Assembly (NCBI GenBank): GCA_030603385.1
Contig: JAUVXW010000013.1
Location: forward strand, 10,635-74,634
DNA length: 64,000 nt
Direction: 5' to 3'
Origin: Promethearchaeota archaeon
Lineage (GTDB): Archaea > Asgardarchaeota > Lokiarchaeia > Sigyniarchaeales > SOKP01
In this document: piece by piece, positions 27,595 through 36,828 of the stretch
How the letters are laid out: the number at the start of each line of letters is the position of its first letter
How positions within the stretch are numbered: position 1 is the stretch's first letter
The notes under the pieces: generated by a model
Told to the model about the DNA's origin: nothing
Seen by the model: only the letters and a program-made list of their open reading frames with translations
Databases searched by the model: none
Translations under genes and position numbers: made by a program

Positions 27595-28647
27595 ATGGTA
27601 ATAGAAACAAATATTACAAGTATGTTAGGGATTAAACATCCAATTCTAAGTGCTCCAATGGGACCTTTCTATACTACTAAATTAACAGTTGCCGTATCAG
27701 AAGCGGGAGGGTTAGGTGTTTTAAGCCATGTTACTATACATGGAACTGTAACTATAGATGAAATGAAAAAAAGTATGGAATATGTTGTAGAACATACTGA
27801 TAAACCTTTTGGATTTAATATAAGAACAGCTAGATTGCAACCAGATGCTATAAAACTTTGCAGACAACTTCCGAGATTTATTATGGAGAATCCAAAAATA
27901 AAAGAACAATGTGTTTATTTAATTACAAGTGCGGGTTCTCCAAGATTGATATATAATAAACACTTTGAAAAATTAAAAGAAAGTGGTTCAAACATCAAAC
28001 ATTTCCATGTCGCACCTTCATTATATCTCGCTGAAAAATTGTTAAATAGTGGTGTCGATGGGCTGGTTATTACTGGAACTGAAGGTGGTGGGCATCAATC
28101 ATATGAAAACATAAGTACATTGGTGCTATTACAACAAATAAGAAAACATATACCAGAAGTTCCTATTATCGCCTCAGGGGGTTATGCTACTGGTGAAGGG
28201 TTAGCTTCTGCTTTATCTATGGGAGTGGGAGCTATTGCTATGGGTTCTAGATTTATTTCTTCTAAAGAATGTGAATTTCACGAAAATTATAAAAAAATGG
28301 TTGTTGAATCAACTGCTTCAGATACTGAGCTAATAACCGGGATTTTTGGACGCGCCAGGGTTTGGAAAAATAAAATGTCTGAAAAGCATAGCCTTGTTGA
28401 AAGTAAAGAAGAAAAGCAAGCTGAGGAGACTTCAATGTCAAAAATAGAAAGAGAGTTAGCTGATCTAGAAAAAACTTATGAAGGAAACATTGAGGAAGGT
28501 ATAGCTTATTTAGGTCAAAGTGTCGAACTCATCGACAGCGTAGAATATGTGTCTGATATAATAAAAACTATTGTAAATGATGCTGAAAAGTGTTTAACAG
28601 CTGCTTTTAACAACATCAGAAAAATTCCAATTGAACAAATTGCTTAA
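27595..28647 (+). CDS. Nitronate monooxygenase / NPD-family FMN oxidoreductase (FabK-like), paralogue 1
   Basis: GIKHPILSAPMGPF, AVSEAGGLGVL, TGTEGGGHQS, IASGGYATGEG, GAIAMGSRF. Confidence 0.75.
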   Translation: MVIETNITSMLGIKHPILSAPMGPFYTTKLTVAVSEAGGLGVLSHVTIHGTVTIDEMKKSMEYVVEHTDKPFGFNIRTARLQPDAIKLCRQLPRFIMENPKIKEQCVYLITSAGSPRLIYNKHFEKLKESGSNIKHFHVAPSLYLAEKLLNSGVDGLVITGTEGGGHQSYENISTLVLLQQIRKHIPEVPIIASGGYATGEGLASALSMGVGAIAMGSRFISSKECEFHENYKKMVVESTASDTELITGIFGRARVWKNKMSEKHSLVESKEEKQAEETSMSKIERELADLEKTYEGNIEEGIAYLGQSVELIDSVEYVSDIIKTIVNDAEKCLTAAFNNIRKIPIEQIA

Positions 28648-28986
28648 ATTAGATTCTAATTATTCAAATTTTTTATTATTACAAATAACTGTCTTTTCCC
28701 CTCTGGGATATACACAACCTGAAATCCTTGAAACATAAGGTGTTCCATTATATCAGCTCAAGATGAAAATAAAGGGGAATCAATGAAAAACTTTAGAAAT
28801 TGAAAGTATATGGAGATTAAATGATCTTAAGAAATTTTTATAATATCTCAAATATTTCAATAATTGTTAAAGTGTGTTTTCATGTAAAAACTTTATAAAA
28901 TAAACTTTTGATAAAAATAACTAATCATTTGATTTTATTTAAAGTTTTAATCTATTAAATTTTCGCAATAAGAAATGTGATCGAGA

Positions 28987-30021
28987 ATGGTTATAGAAAC
29001 GAATGTTACCAAGATGTTGGGCATTAAACACCCAATTTTAAGTGCCCCAATGGGTCCATTTTATACTACTAAGTTAACAGTCGCAGTATCGGAAGCTGGT
29101 GGTTTAGGTGTTTTAAGTCATATAAATTTAACTGGGAAAAATAGTTTGGATGAATTAAAAAAGGCTATGGAATACGTTGTTGAACACACAGAGAAAAATT
29201 TTGGTTTTAATATTAGAACTGCAAGATTACAACCCGATGCAATAAAGTTATGTAGACAAATTCCAAGGTTTATCATGGAAAATCCAAAAATAAAAGAGCA
29301 ATGCACGTACTTGATTACCAGTGCTGGTTCTCCAAGATTGATATATAATAAACACTTTGAAAAATTAAAAGAAAGCGGTTCAAACATCAAACATTTCCAT
29401 GTCGCGCCTTCATTATATCTTGCTGAAAAGTGCGTAAATAGTGGTGTCGATGGGCTGGTTATTACTGGAAGTGAAGGTGGAGGGCACCAATCATATGAAA
29501 ATATAAGCACATTAGTCCTATTACAACGAATTAGAAAGAAATTACCAGATGTCCCTATAATTGCGTGTGGAGGATATGCTACTGGTGAAGGTCTCGCTTC
29601 TGCTTTATCTATGGGAGTGGGTGCTATTGCGATGGGTTCAAGATTTATTTCATCAAAAGAGTGTCAATTTCATGATAATATTAAAAATGTTATTATAAAA
29701 TCAGAAGCATCTGATACTGAGTTAGTTACAGGTGTTTTTGGGCCTATAAGGGTCCTAATAAATGAATTTTCCCAAAAACATGGGCTTGTTTCTAATAAAG
29801 CAGAGAAATTATCTGAAGAAACTTTAGCTTCAGAGATAGTTGATGAAGTAAAGCACTTGGAAATGTCTTACGAAGGAAACATCAAAGATGGCGCTGTTCT
29901 TTTAGGACAAAGTATTGGAATTATAGAAAATGTAGAAGGTGTATCAGATATTATTAATTCGATAGTCAATGATGCTGAAAAATGTTTAACAACTGCTTTT
30001 AACAACATATTGAACAAATAG
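28987..30021 (+). CDS. Nitronate monooxygenase / NPD-family FMN oxidoreductase (FabK-like), paralogue 2
   Basis: Same motif set as paralogue 1 (TGSEGGGHQS, IACGGYATGEG). Upstream spacer also partly duplicated. Confidence 0.75.
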   Translation: MVIETNVTKMLGIKHPILSAPMGPFYTTKLTVAVSEAGGLGVLSHINLTGKNSLDELKKAMEYVVEHTEKNFGFNIRTARLQPDAIKLCRQIPRFIMENPKIKEQCTYLITSAGSPRLIYNKHFEKLKESGSNIKHFHVAPSLYLAEKCVNSGVDGLVITGSEGGGHQSYENISTLVLLQRIRKKLPDVPIIACGGYATGEGLASALSMGVGAIAMGSRFISSKECQFHDNIKNVIIKSEASDTELVTGVFGPIRVLINEFSQKHGLVSNKAEKLSEETLASEIVDEVKHLEMSYEGNIKDGAVLLGQSIGIIENVEGVSDIINSIVNDAEKCLTTAFNNILNK

Positions 30022-30309
30022 GTTAATAATCATTTTTATTGTATTCTTCTCTTTTTTATTAAATTTTTTTATTCAGGCAACCATCTACTTGATTTTTTTA
30101 GGGTATTAATATATAATCATCAAATTTTAAGGGAAATTATCCCCCTAATAAGGTTATTTTGAAGTAAATAAATTCTAGAATAAAAGTTTAAAAATCAATT
30201 GTCCCATAAGTTATGTGAAAATCATTCAGAGTTACAGTTTCTTAACATTTATAAACTCAGCAAGAATATCCAAAAATTATCTAAATAACAAATTAATAAC
30301 CAGGTCAAA

Positions 30310-30735
30310 ATGATCCAAGAGTTAATGATTATTAATAAGGCAGGTATAGCTTTATTTTATCATAATTTTGTAGATGTAAATAATTTCGATGATCAACAAT
30401 CATTAGCAAGTTATTTTGATATTATTTGTCGTTTTACAAAAAACAGTTTTAAAGAAAGTTTAAGAATGTTAACTTTGGATAGCGTTATATTTTTCTTTTA
30501 TACTCATAAATCTAATTATCACTTAGTTTTAAAATGTTTGAATAAAGAAATTAACAGAAAATTGTTAGAAGATGCTGCTGAAAGTATAATCGAAAGTTTT
30601 TTTAAAAAATATAGTGAGAAATTAAAAGATTTCAACGGAGAAGTCTCTCATTTCAAATCATTTGCGAAAATTGTTCAGGATATTGTCTCAACAAAATTAA
30701 CAGATTTTAAGGAGGCTATTTCTGTAGAACACTGA
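30310..30735 (+). CDS. Hypothetical small protein, longin / adaptor-sigma-like candidate
   Basis: MIQELMIINKAGIALFYHNF resembles the N-terminal beta-hairpin of sigma-adaptin/longin domains (MI..ILI.N..GK.RL.K.Y). Overall beta-beta-alpha-beta-beta-beta-alpha pattern; 141 aa. Confidence 0.4.
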   Translation: MIQELMIINKAGIALFYHNFVDVNNFDDQQSLASYFDIICRFTKNSFKESLRMLTLDSVIFFFYTHKSNYHLVLKCLNKEINRKLLEDAAESIIESFFKKYSEKLKDFNGEVSHFKSFAKIVQDIVSTKLTDFKEAISVEH

Positions 30736-30852
30736 GGATAATATTAAATTATATGGAAAAAGATAAAAAAAAAAAATAAGAGAGAAAAATTAAAAGATGA
30801 TTTAATGGAATTCTATATTATCAAAAGTTAGTTAATCTTTTGATCTATAGTC

Positions 30853-32151
30853 CTAAATTTCTTTGAGATGGTTTAATATTAAATCCCTTTTTTCATTAAT
30901 TACAAAGATATATGGTAATTCTTTCATGGATCTCGGTACTATTTCAGTTTCGAATAAATCAGTAAATCTATAAGTTTCATCATCGATCAAAATGTAAATA
31001 TGGCTGGATTCACCAGGATTAAATGGCTTATACTTAGCAATCACAACATATAATTCATCCTCATTTAAAGAGAGTTGTGATTTTAATTTTTTCTCAAGGT
31101 CAAATTTTGCTTGAGCTAAAATATTATCTTGCTGATCTGGAGTTAAAATGTTTTTAAATTCAAAAGGTGTTTTCCAAAGTGGTTTTAAGTATTGTCTATT
31201 AAGAATTTGGTCAAAAAGCTTTTTTGTATGTTCATCCTTATTTTTATGTAATTTAAATAACGATATTATATCATTATCATCAATATGATCTTCATTGATT
31301 GCTTTAAAAGAAAAATAATTGCTTTTAACACTAACATCTAATTCAATTAAATATTCAATAAAGCGTTGGATTAAACTGGTATAATAAGTGACTACATGGT
31401 GATTGTAAACCCATCTAAACATGGCATTTCTTCCATATATTAAATTAGAAATAACACTAAGTGATTTAGAAGATAGTACTAATCTTTTATTGTGAATTAC
31501 ATAAGATTGAACTATTCTATCTGTATCTAAATTTATCCCATAAAATCCAGTCATTTTACTATCTCGTAGAATATAATCTAACTTGTCAACATCAATATAG
31601 GAATTTAATAGACTAATAAGTGGATTAAATTCACTCCCTTCTAAATCCCTCTCATATTCAACTCCTAAAATCATTCTACAAAATAGTTCTTTATCAATTT
31701 TCAATTTGGTAAATTCATCGTCAAAATTTCCTAACGCTACGATGCAACTCATCAGCTCATGAGGAGCAGATGTTAAATTATCAACATCAAAAGAAAATTG
31801 GTGTTCTTTTAATTTACTTTTACACTCATCTTCATCAAAAAAATCCTCGGTTGCATGGGAAAAAGGAGCATGTCCAATATCATGAAGTAGACAAGCATAT
31901 TTTACAGTATTATCGAGATTAATATTATCTCTCGTAGGAAACTCCGAATTGATTAAACCAAAGATTTTAAACCCCAAATGCATAACACCTATCGAGTGTT
32001 CAAATCGGGAGTGTGTGGCATTAGGGTAAACTACATGAACGGATGTTTGTTTAATTCTTTTCAATCTTTGGAATAGTGGTGTATCAATAAATAAGAGATC
32101 ATTCTCGTTTATCGATATATAACCGTGCGTTAAGTCTCTTATTATTTTCAT
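30853..32151 (-). CDS. HD-domain phosphohydrolase of the SAMHD1/dNTP-triphosphohydrolase-like type (COG1078-like)
   Basis: IRDLTHGYISI, FQRLKRIKQTS, THSRFEHSIGVMHLG, LLHDIGHAPFSH, DVDKLDYILRDS. Confidence 0.75.
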   Translation of the reverse strand: MKIIRDLTHGYISINENDLLFIDTPLFQRLKRIKQTSVHVVYPNATHSRFEHSIGVMHLGFKIFGLINSEFPTRDNINLDNTVKYACLLHDIGHAPFSHATEDFFDEDECKSKLKEHQFSFDVDNLTSAPHELMSCIVALGNFDDEFTKLKIDKELFCRMILGVEYERDLEGSEFNPLISLLNSYIDVDKLDYILRDSKMTGFYGINLDTDRIVQSYVIHNKRLVLSSKSLSVISNLIYGRNAMFRWVYNHHVVTYYTSLIQRFIEYLIELDVSVKSNYFSFKAINEDHIDDNDIISLFKLHKNKDEHTKKLFDQILNRQYLKPLWKTPFEFKNILTPDQQDNILAQAKFDLEKKLKSQLSLNEDELYVVIAKYKPFNPGESSHIYILIDDETYRFTDLFETEIVPRSMKELPYIFVINEKRDLILNHLKEI

Positions 32152-32579
32152 TATTCAGACAAACTGTCAATTGTAGAATTAATGGTTTCTCTTAGAATCA
32201 TCTTGGTCTGGTTTGAAAGGCTTTGATTAATTTCAGAATCCAATTTTTCCTTACAAAATAGAATTCTCGCTTTTTCAGTAAACTCTACTAGAATTTTATT
32301 TTCCTCAACACTTTTTTGATTTATAAAACCGTTTGAAATCCAATACCATAACTCATTAGATATTGTTTCTCCTCTTATATTCCCATCTTTCCTACACCCA
32401 TGAAAGACAATATTTCCAATTACTTTTTTCTTATTTAAAGAAATAAAAATCTCATCTAAAGCAAGTAATAATTTGTCATAATCTTGTCTTCCCCCTACAA
32501 GACATAGATAATTTAGAAGTAATTGTGATGCATTTATAAATTTATTTTCAGATGGCATACTATTATTTAATTCATTCAT
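32151..32579 (-). CDS. Hypothetical protein, translationally coupled to the HD phosphohydrolase gene
   Basis: 142 aa. Its TAA stop shares one base with the ATG of the downstream HD gene (TAATG). No recognisable motif. Confidence 0.5.
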   Translation of the reverse strand: MNELNNSMPSENKFINASQLLLNYLCLVGGRQDYDKLLLALDEIFISLNKKKVIGNIVFHGCRKDGNIRGETISNELWYWISNGFINQKSVEENKILVEFTEKARILFCKEKLDSEINQSLSNQTKMILRETINSTIDSLSE

Positions 32580-33097
32580 AGATCCTCAATTTTTTTAATA
32601 ATTTCCATTATTAATATAAGTGCACAATGTTTCTATTAAATTTTATTACATATTTCTTTGTTCATGAGAGAATATTTTCTAATTAACAACTAAAGAAGTT
32701 AAATTGGACTCCTTTTATTATGATATATATTATGTTCTTTATTCAAAAATAGTATAAAAATGATATAACACATATTATTTATTAAATTCACCTAATTAGT
32801 GAAACAAATTAGAAGCTATTTTTTTTTTCTATAAAAAAAATCCTATTCAATATAGGATTAGAGGTATTCTTTTTATTTTTATATTCATAACCCTAACTTA
32901 TTTTAATTCAATATATCTGAACTCATAGCATATTTGTATGATTTCGTTGTTGTACTAGTGAAAAAAATAATAGAATTACGCTTTTAGTTCAAGAACCTTA
33001 GTTTTAAATTCTCCCTACTTTTTCAATAACCCATTTCAAGAAAATTTAAAATGTTTTTAGTTACAAATTTCTTGCTTATGAAATGTCTAATATCAAT

Positions 33098-34654
33098 TTA
33101 AAAAAAGATAAAATCTAGATCCTCAGATTCACAAAACCTATTTAGCTTTCCGGGAAGGTCATTGTTAGATAAATCGATGTATTGTAATGAATTAAGCTCT
33201 TTTTGCTCCTTGAACTTAATAATTTGATTATTTTCTAAGCTAACTCCTTGTAATCTCCTTAGCCCATCTAATCCTTCCAGAATAGTGATCTTATTATTTT
33301 TAAGTCGAAGGTATCTTAAATCATGTAATAATTTTAAACCTTTTATTTTTGTTATTTGATTATAGCTTAAGTCTAAATCATTTAGATTCTTAAGCGTTTC
33401 CAACCCTTTAATCTCTGTAATGCGATTTTTCTCCAATCTTAAACTTTGTAAGTTCTCAAGATATGCCAATCCTTCAATATTATAGATGCCGTTCTTGTTT
33501 AGATTTAACCCCTGTAATTTATGTAAATTACTCAATCCTGTGATTCTTTCAATATTATTATAACTTAAAATTAATCGTTCCAAATTTTTTAAATTTTCTA
33601 AACCTTTAATTTTATGAATAGAATTGAAATAAATATCTAATTTTTTTAGGTTTTGAAGATAATCAAGCCCTTTAATTTCATTAATTTTATTACTTGCAAG
33701 ATATAACTCCTCCAAGTTTTTTAAATTCTCAAGTCCAGAAATCTCTTCGATCTTATTAGATGATAAATTAAGGAACTTCAAGTTTGTTAATGCGCTTAAT
33801 CCATTTATAGCCTTGATTTTATTTCGATCTAAATTCAACCTTTCCAAGCTTTTTAGATTCTCAAGATTATCAATAAAAGTTAGTGATTCTTGTGAAATAT
33901 TTAATCCTTTTAATCCGGAAAGCTTACTCAGACCTTTTATATCGCTTATTCTCTCAACATTCTTAACAGTTAGTGTTCCATTTTTCATGAAAGCCTTTTT
34001 TCCCTTGCACAAGACATATTGATAATTCAATAATTCTTTTTCGGGGCACATTACTTGCATATAATCAAATAACTTATCCTTCATTTCATAAAGTGTTTTT
34101 GTGTTGTTGAATTTCTCAATGAAAAAGTCTTTGATCCTATCTTTTTCGTCTAAAGCTAAGTTCTGAAAAAGGGAATGGAATTCTTCATGAGTCAAAAAAT
34201 TATAATACTTCTCTTCTAATAAAAATTGAATTGTGCTCCAGTTTTTGCTTGATAATTTTTTCGCAATCTCTTCTTTAAAAACTTTTTTGGCTAATGGGTC
34301 TCCTACTTCTGTTAATTTTTTTAGTAATGGGAAGGCAAGGTTTGAATGTATAAGGTTTGTATTATAATCTTCCTCGTACCACACTTGAAGATTACTGCTA
34401 TGTCCCAAAAACTCTAATTCAGGTGAGATTCTCTTTGATTTATTATTGTAAGAAGGATCTAAAGACATATCGAGTTTTACAGCAACTTCATCAATAGATC
34501 CAACGTCGTCTAAAAGGTAGATCTCGTCTACAGAAATATCCAATAATAAAAATTTACATTGGTCAAATCTCTCCCCGTTTACATATATGATAGTTTCTTT
34601 TCCTTCAAGCTTTAAGGCAATATATTCATTTACCTTGAACTCTTTAGTATCCAT
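33098..34654 (-). CDS. Leucine-rich-repeat protein (about 12 SDS22-type 22-residue LRRs) with a conserved N-terminal domain
   Basis: Repeats LENLKSLERLNLDRNKIKAING / LSALTNLKFLNLSSNKIEEISG / LENLKNLEELYLASNKINEIKG ... . The N-terminal ~170 aa are shared with the ORF at 36829-38349. Confidence 0.8.
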   Translation of the reverse strand: MDTKEFKVNEYIALKLEGKETIIYVNGERFDQCKFLLLDISVDEIYLLDDVGSIDEVAVKLDMSLDPSYNNKSKRISPELEFLGHSSNLQVWYEEDYNTNLIHSNLAFPLLKKLTEVGDPLAKKVFKEEIAKKLSSKNWSTIQFLLEEKYYNFLTHEEFHSLFQNLALDEKDRIKDFFIEKFNNTKTLYEMKDKLFDYMQVMCPEKELLNYQYVLCKGKKAFMKNGTLTVKNVERISDIKGLSKLSGLKGLNISQESLTFIDNLENLKSLERLNLDRNKIKAINGLSALTNLKFLNLSSNKIEEISGLENLKNLEELYLASNKINEIKGLDYLQNLKKLDIYFNSIHKIKGLENLKNLERLILSYNNIERITGLSNLHKLQGLNLNKNGIYNIEGLAYLENLQSLRLEKNRITEIKGLETLKNLNDLDLSYNQITKIKGLKLLHDLRYLRLKNNKITILEGLDGLRRLQGVSLENNQIIKFKEQKELNSLQYIDLSNNDLPGKLNRFCESEDLDFIFF

Positions 34655-34747
34655 TACTATTATAATTATATATCTCCCTTTTAAATCTTAGGTGGATAAT
34701 AATTTTTTAAACCACTTTAATTGGTTATGTTATCATGACAATAGTTC

Positions 34748-34797
34748 AAAAAAAAAGAATATTAATTATGGGAAAATAACGTCAAGGTTCTTTCCCG
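34748..34797 (-). terminator. Hairpin plus oligo-T tract downstream of the ubiquitin-like gene
   Basis: On the minus strand, GGGAAAG..13 nt..TTTTCCC stem-loop (34796-34770) followed by a T9 run (34757-34749). Oligo-T is the usual archaeal termination signal. Confidence 0.35.
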
Positions 34798-34839
34798 TTT
34801 TTACCCGGTGTCCCGAATATCTCTTATGAGATCGCTTAA

Positions 34840-35097
34840 TTACAGGAATCCGCCTGCTTGCGTAGCCATTACTGTTATAACGTCTTTCTTTGGATGAATT
34901 CCTATTTTAGTGAATTTTAATTGATCAGGTAATACTTTTCCTTTAAATATGAATTGTATAGCTAGGATAGGGTTCAACTTATATTCACGTTGTACAGTTT
35001 TCTTAATCTCTGCTATTGAATTATTAGGATCAAGTTCAATTAGTTTAATTGCTTGATCAGGGGGTACACCAGTAAGTCTAAATCTATATTGAGTCAT
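34840..35097 (-). CDS. Ubiquitin-like beta-grasp protein ending ...QAGG-FL
   Basis: 85 aa. Collinear by eye with ubiquitin: RLTG (Ub TLTG), IAEIKKTVQ (Ub IENVKAKIQ), FIFKGKVLPD (Ub LIFAGKQLED), C-terminal GG followed by two residues. Confidence 0.6.
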   Translation of the reverse strand: MTQYRFRLTGVPPDQAIKLIELDPNNSIAEIKKTVQREYKLNPILAIQFIFKGKVLPDQLKFTKIGIHPKKDVITVMATQAGGFL

Positions 35098-35248
35098 TTT
35101 AAATCATAACTTTTTTTTTAATTAATTCTTTCTATATATTATTAAAAAGATATTGGGTAATTTTCTACTTAAGGTCTTTGGTATTTTTTTGTTGACTCTG
35201 GTATACTTAAATCAATGTTAAATGTTTAATATTATCAATGGACATTTT

Positions 35249-35449
35249 TTAGTCTTTTTTAAATCGAAAAGGTTCTAGTGGAGGCCCTGGTGGACCAGGT
35301 GGAGATGGAATGGGTCCAGGTTGTGGGCGTGGTGGAAAGCGTCCTAATCTACTTTCTATATAGGATATACGTTGTTCTAATTTATTTAATCTCTCTTCAA
35401 TCACCTTTATTCTCTTTAATATGTTTGGATCTTCAATCGACATTTGCAA
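35249..35449 (-). CDS. Small protein: N-terminal coiled coil plus C-terminal proline-rich tail
   Basis: ILKRIKVIEERLNKLEQRISYIESRL followed by RFPPRPQPGPIPSPPGPPGPPLEPF. The proline tract makes a local G+C-rich patch. Confidence 0.4.
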   Translation of the reverse strand: MQMSIEDPNILKRIKVIEERLNKLEQRISYIESRLGRFPPRPQPGPIPSPPGPPGPPLEPFRFKKD

Positions 35450-35639
35450 TAAAATTCTTAAATAATTATGATTACTATATCAAGTTTTAAAATTAATTCC
35501 TAAGTTATTAAAATTTTATGTTAGATTAATTTTTAAACAAAATATACTCAATTTAATGCGATTAGTATTTCACCAGTTTTTTAGTATAAGTATAATAAAA
35601 AAGTATACTTTTTTATAGTTATACTAATATTATATTATT

Positions 35640-36749
35640 ATGGAAACCTGGAACATTTCAAAAAAATTAAAGAGTGAGCTATTAAAAAAATCTAGCAATA
35701 TCGAGGATAATAGTAGGAGAATATTATTTATTCTTAGAAATTTAGGTCCACAAAGATTCACTAATTTAATAAAATATTCAAATTTAAGCAGATCGACCGT
35801 ATCTAAATATCTTAATTTTCATAGAAAAAATAAAAACGTAGAACAAAGATTATTTACAGATAAACAAACAAATAAGCAATATCGTGGTTACGTGATTACT
35901 GAAAGGGGCATCGAAAAACTTGGAGAAGGACCTTTAAAATTAAAAGATGAGTTATTTTTAGTTAATGAATTAAAAGAAAATGTCAGAAAACTCGAAGATC
36001 TAATAGATTTTTATAAGGAAATAAATGTAGTAGATGCATTTATAATCCATATAGTAAGAATTATATCTAAAATAGGTGATAATTTTTTTGAGCTACAGCA
36101 AGATAGAGATCTGTATTTATCACTTTTTTACATCTTTTATAACTCGATCTTAGGACAAGGTGCTTTTGCAAGAATTTATTGGCATTTTGATAAGTCTAGT
36201 TCTCAAAAATTTGTTGGCTATAAATTAAATTTAGATCAATTTTGTGAAGTTTATAAGGTTTCAAGAGAGGCAATTAATTATTTAGCTAGGTCTAAGTTGA
36301 TAAAGAGTAATTTTGGGTTTTATTTAATTCAAAGAGAAGATACAGATTTCTTTTTTCACGAGGAAGATTTGTTGGGAACAACAACTCTTAGGCTCATTAA
36401 AGACAAATTAATTGATGAGATCATTAATCTTCAAGAAGGCATTTACGATATGATTTATGATTTAGACATTATGGCTGAAGAAATTACAAACCAATTAAAA
36501 GAAATGGGTTTAATATGGGATGCAATTCAAGCACAATTTCAGTTATTGGTCTTAAATCAAATTATTAAGAACGCAATAGAAATGGGTTTTTTAGATATAG
36601 AAAGAGAAAAATTAATGGAAGGAATTACCCAATCAAAAAAATTGTTAATGTCTAAAGAAGGTAAAATGCTTAAGAAATCCATTTTTAATGGCTTTAATAT
36701 TGATTTAAATTTGAATACCCTTACTTTAACGTCAAATCAAGAATCTTAA
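35640..36749 (+). CDS. Putative winged-helix DNA-binding protein with a large C-terminal helical domain
   Basis: N-terminal ILFILRNLGPQRFTNLIKYSNLSRSTVSKYLNFH resembles ArsR/MarR-type wHTH. Remainder unassigned. Confidence 0.45.
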   Translation: METWNISKKLKSELLKKSSNIEDNSRRILFILRNLGPQRFTNLIKYSNLSRSTVSKYLNFHRKNKNVEQRLFTDKQTNKQYRGYVITERGIEKLGEGPLKLKDELFLVNELKENVRKLEDLIDFYKEINVVDAFIIHIVRIISKIGDNFFELQQDRDLYLSLFYIFYNSILGQGAFARIYWHFDKSSSQKFVGYKLNLDQFCEVYKVSREAINYLARSKLIKSNFGFYLIQREDTDFFFHEEDLLGTTTLRLIKDKLIDEIINLQEGIYDMIYDLDIMAEEITNQLKEMGLIWDAIQAQFQLLVLNQIIKNAIEMGFLDIEREKLMEGITQSKKLLMSKEGKMLKKSIFNGFNIDLNLNTLTLTSNQES

Positions 36750-36828
36750 CGACTGTGGTATTTTAAAAGGATTGGGATTTTAATTAAATACATCTTCAAA
36801 CCAACAAAAATCCTAACTCGTTTGGAAT

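Noticed and set aside
28690-28780. Possible C/D-box sRNA or structured RNA between the two NMO paralogues (7-bp long-range pairing TTCCCCT/AGGGGAA)
   Set aside because: No UGAUGA C box or correctly placed CUGA D box on either strand, and there is only one short helix. The evidence is insufficient.
33140-33937. 66-nt periodic DNA repeat
   Set aside because: The periodicity is fully explained by the 22-residue LRR units of the encoded protein. It is not an independent DNA-level element.
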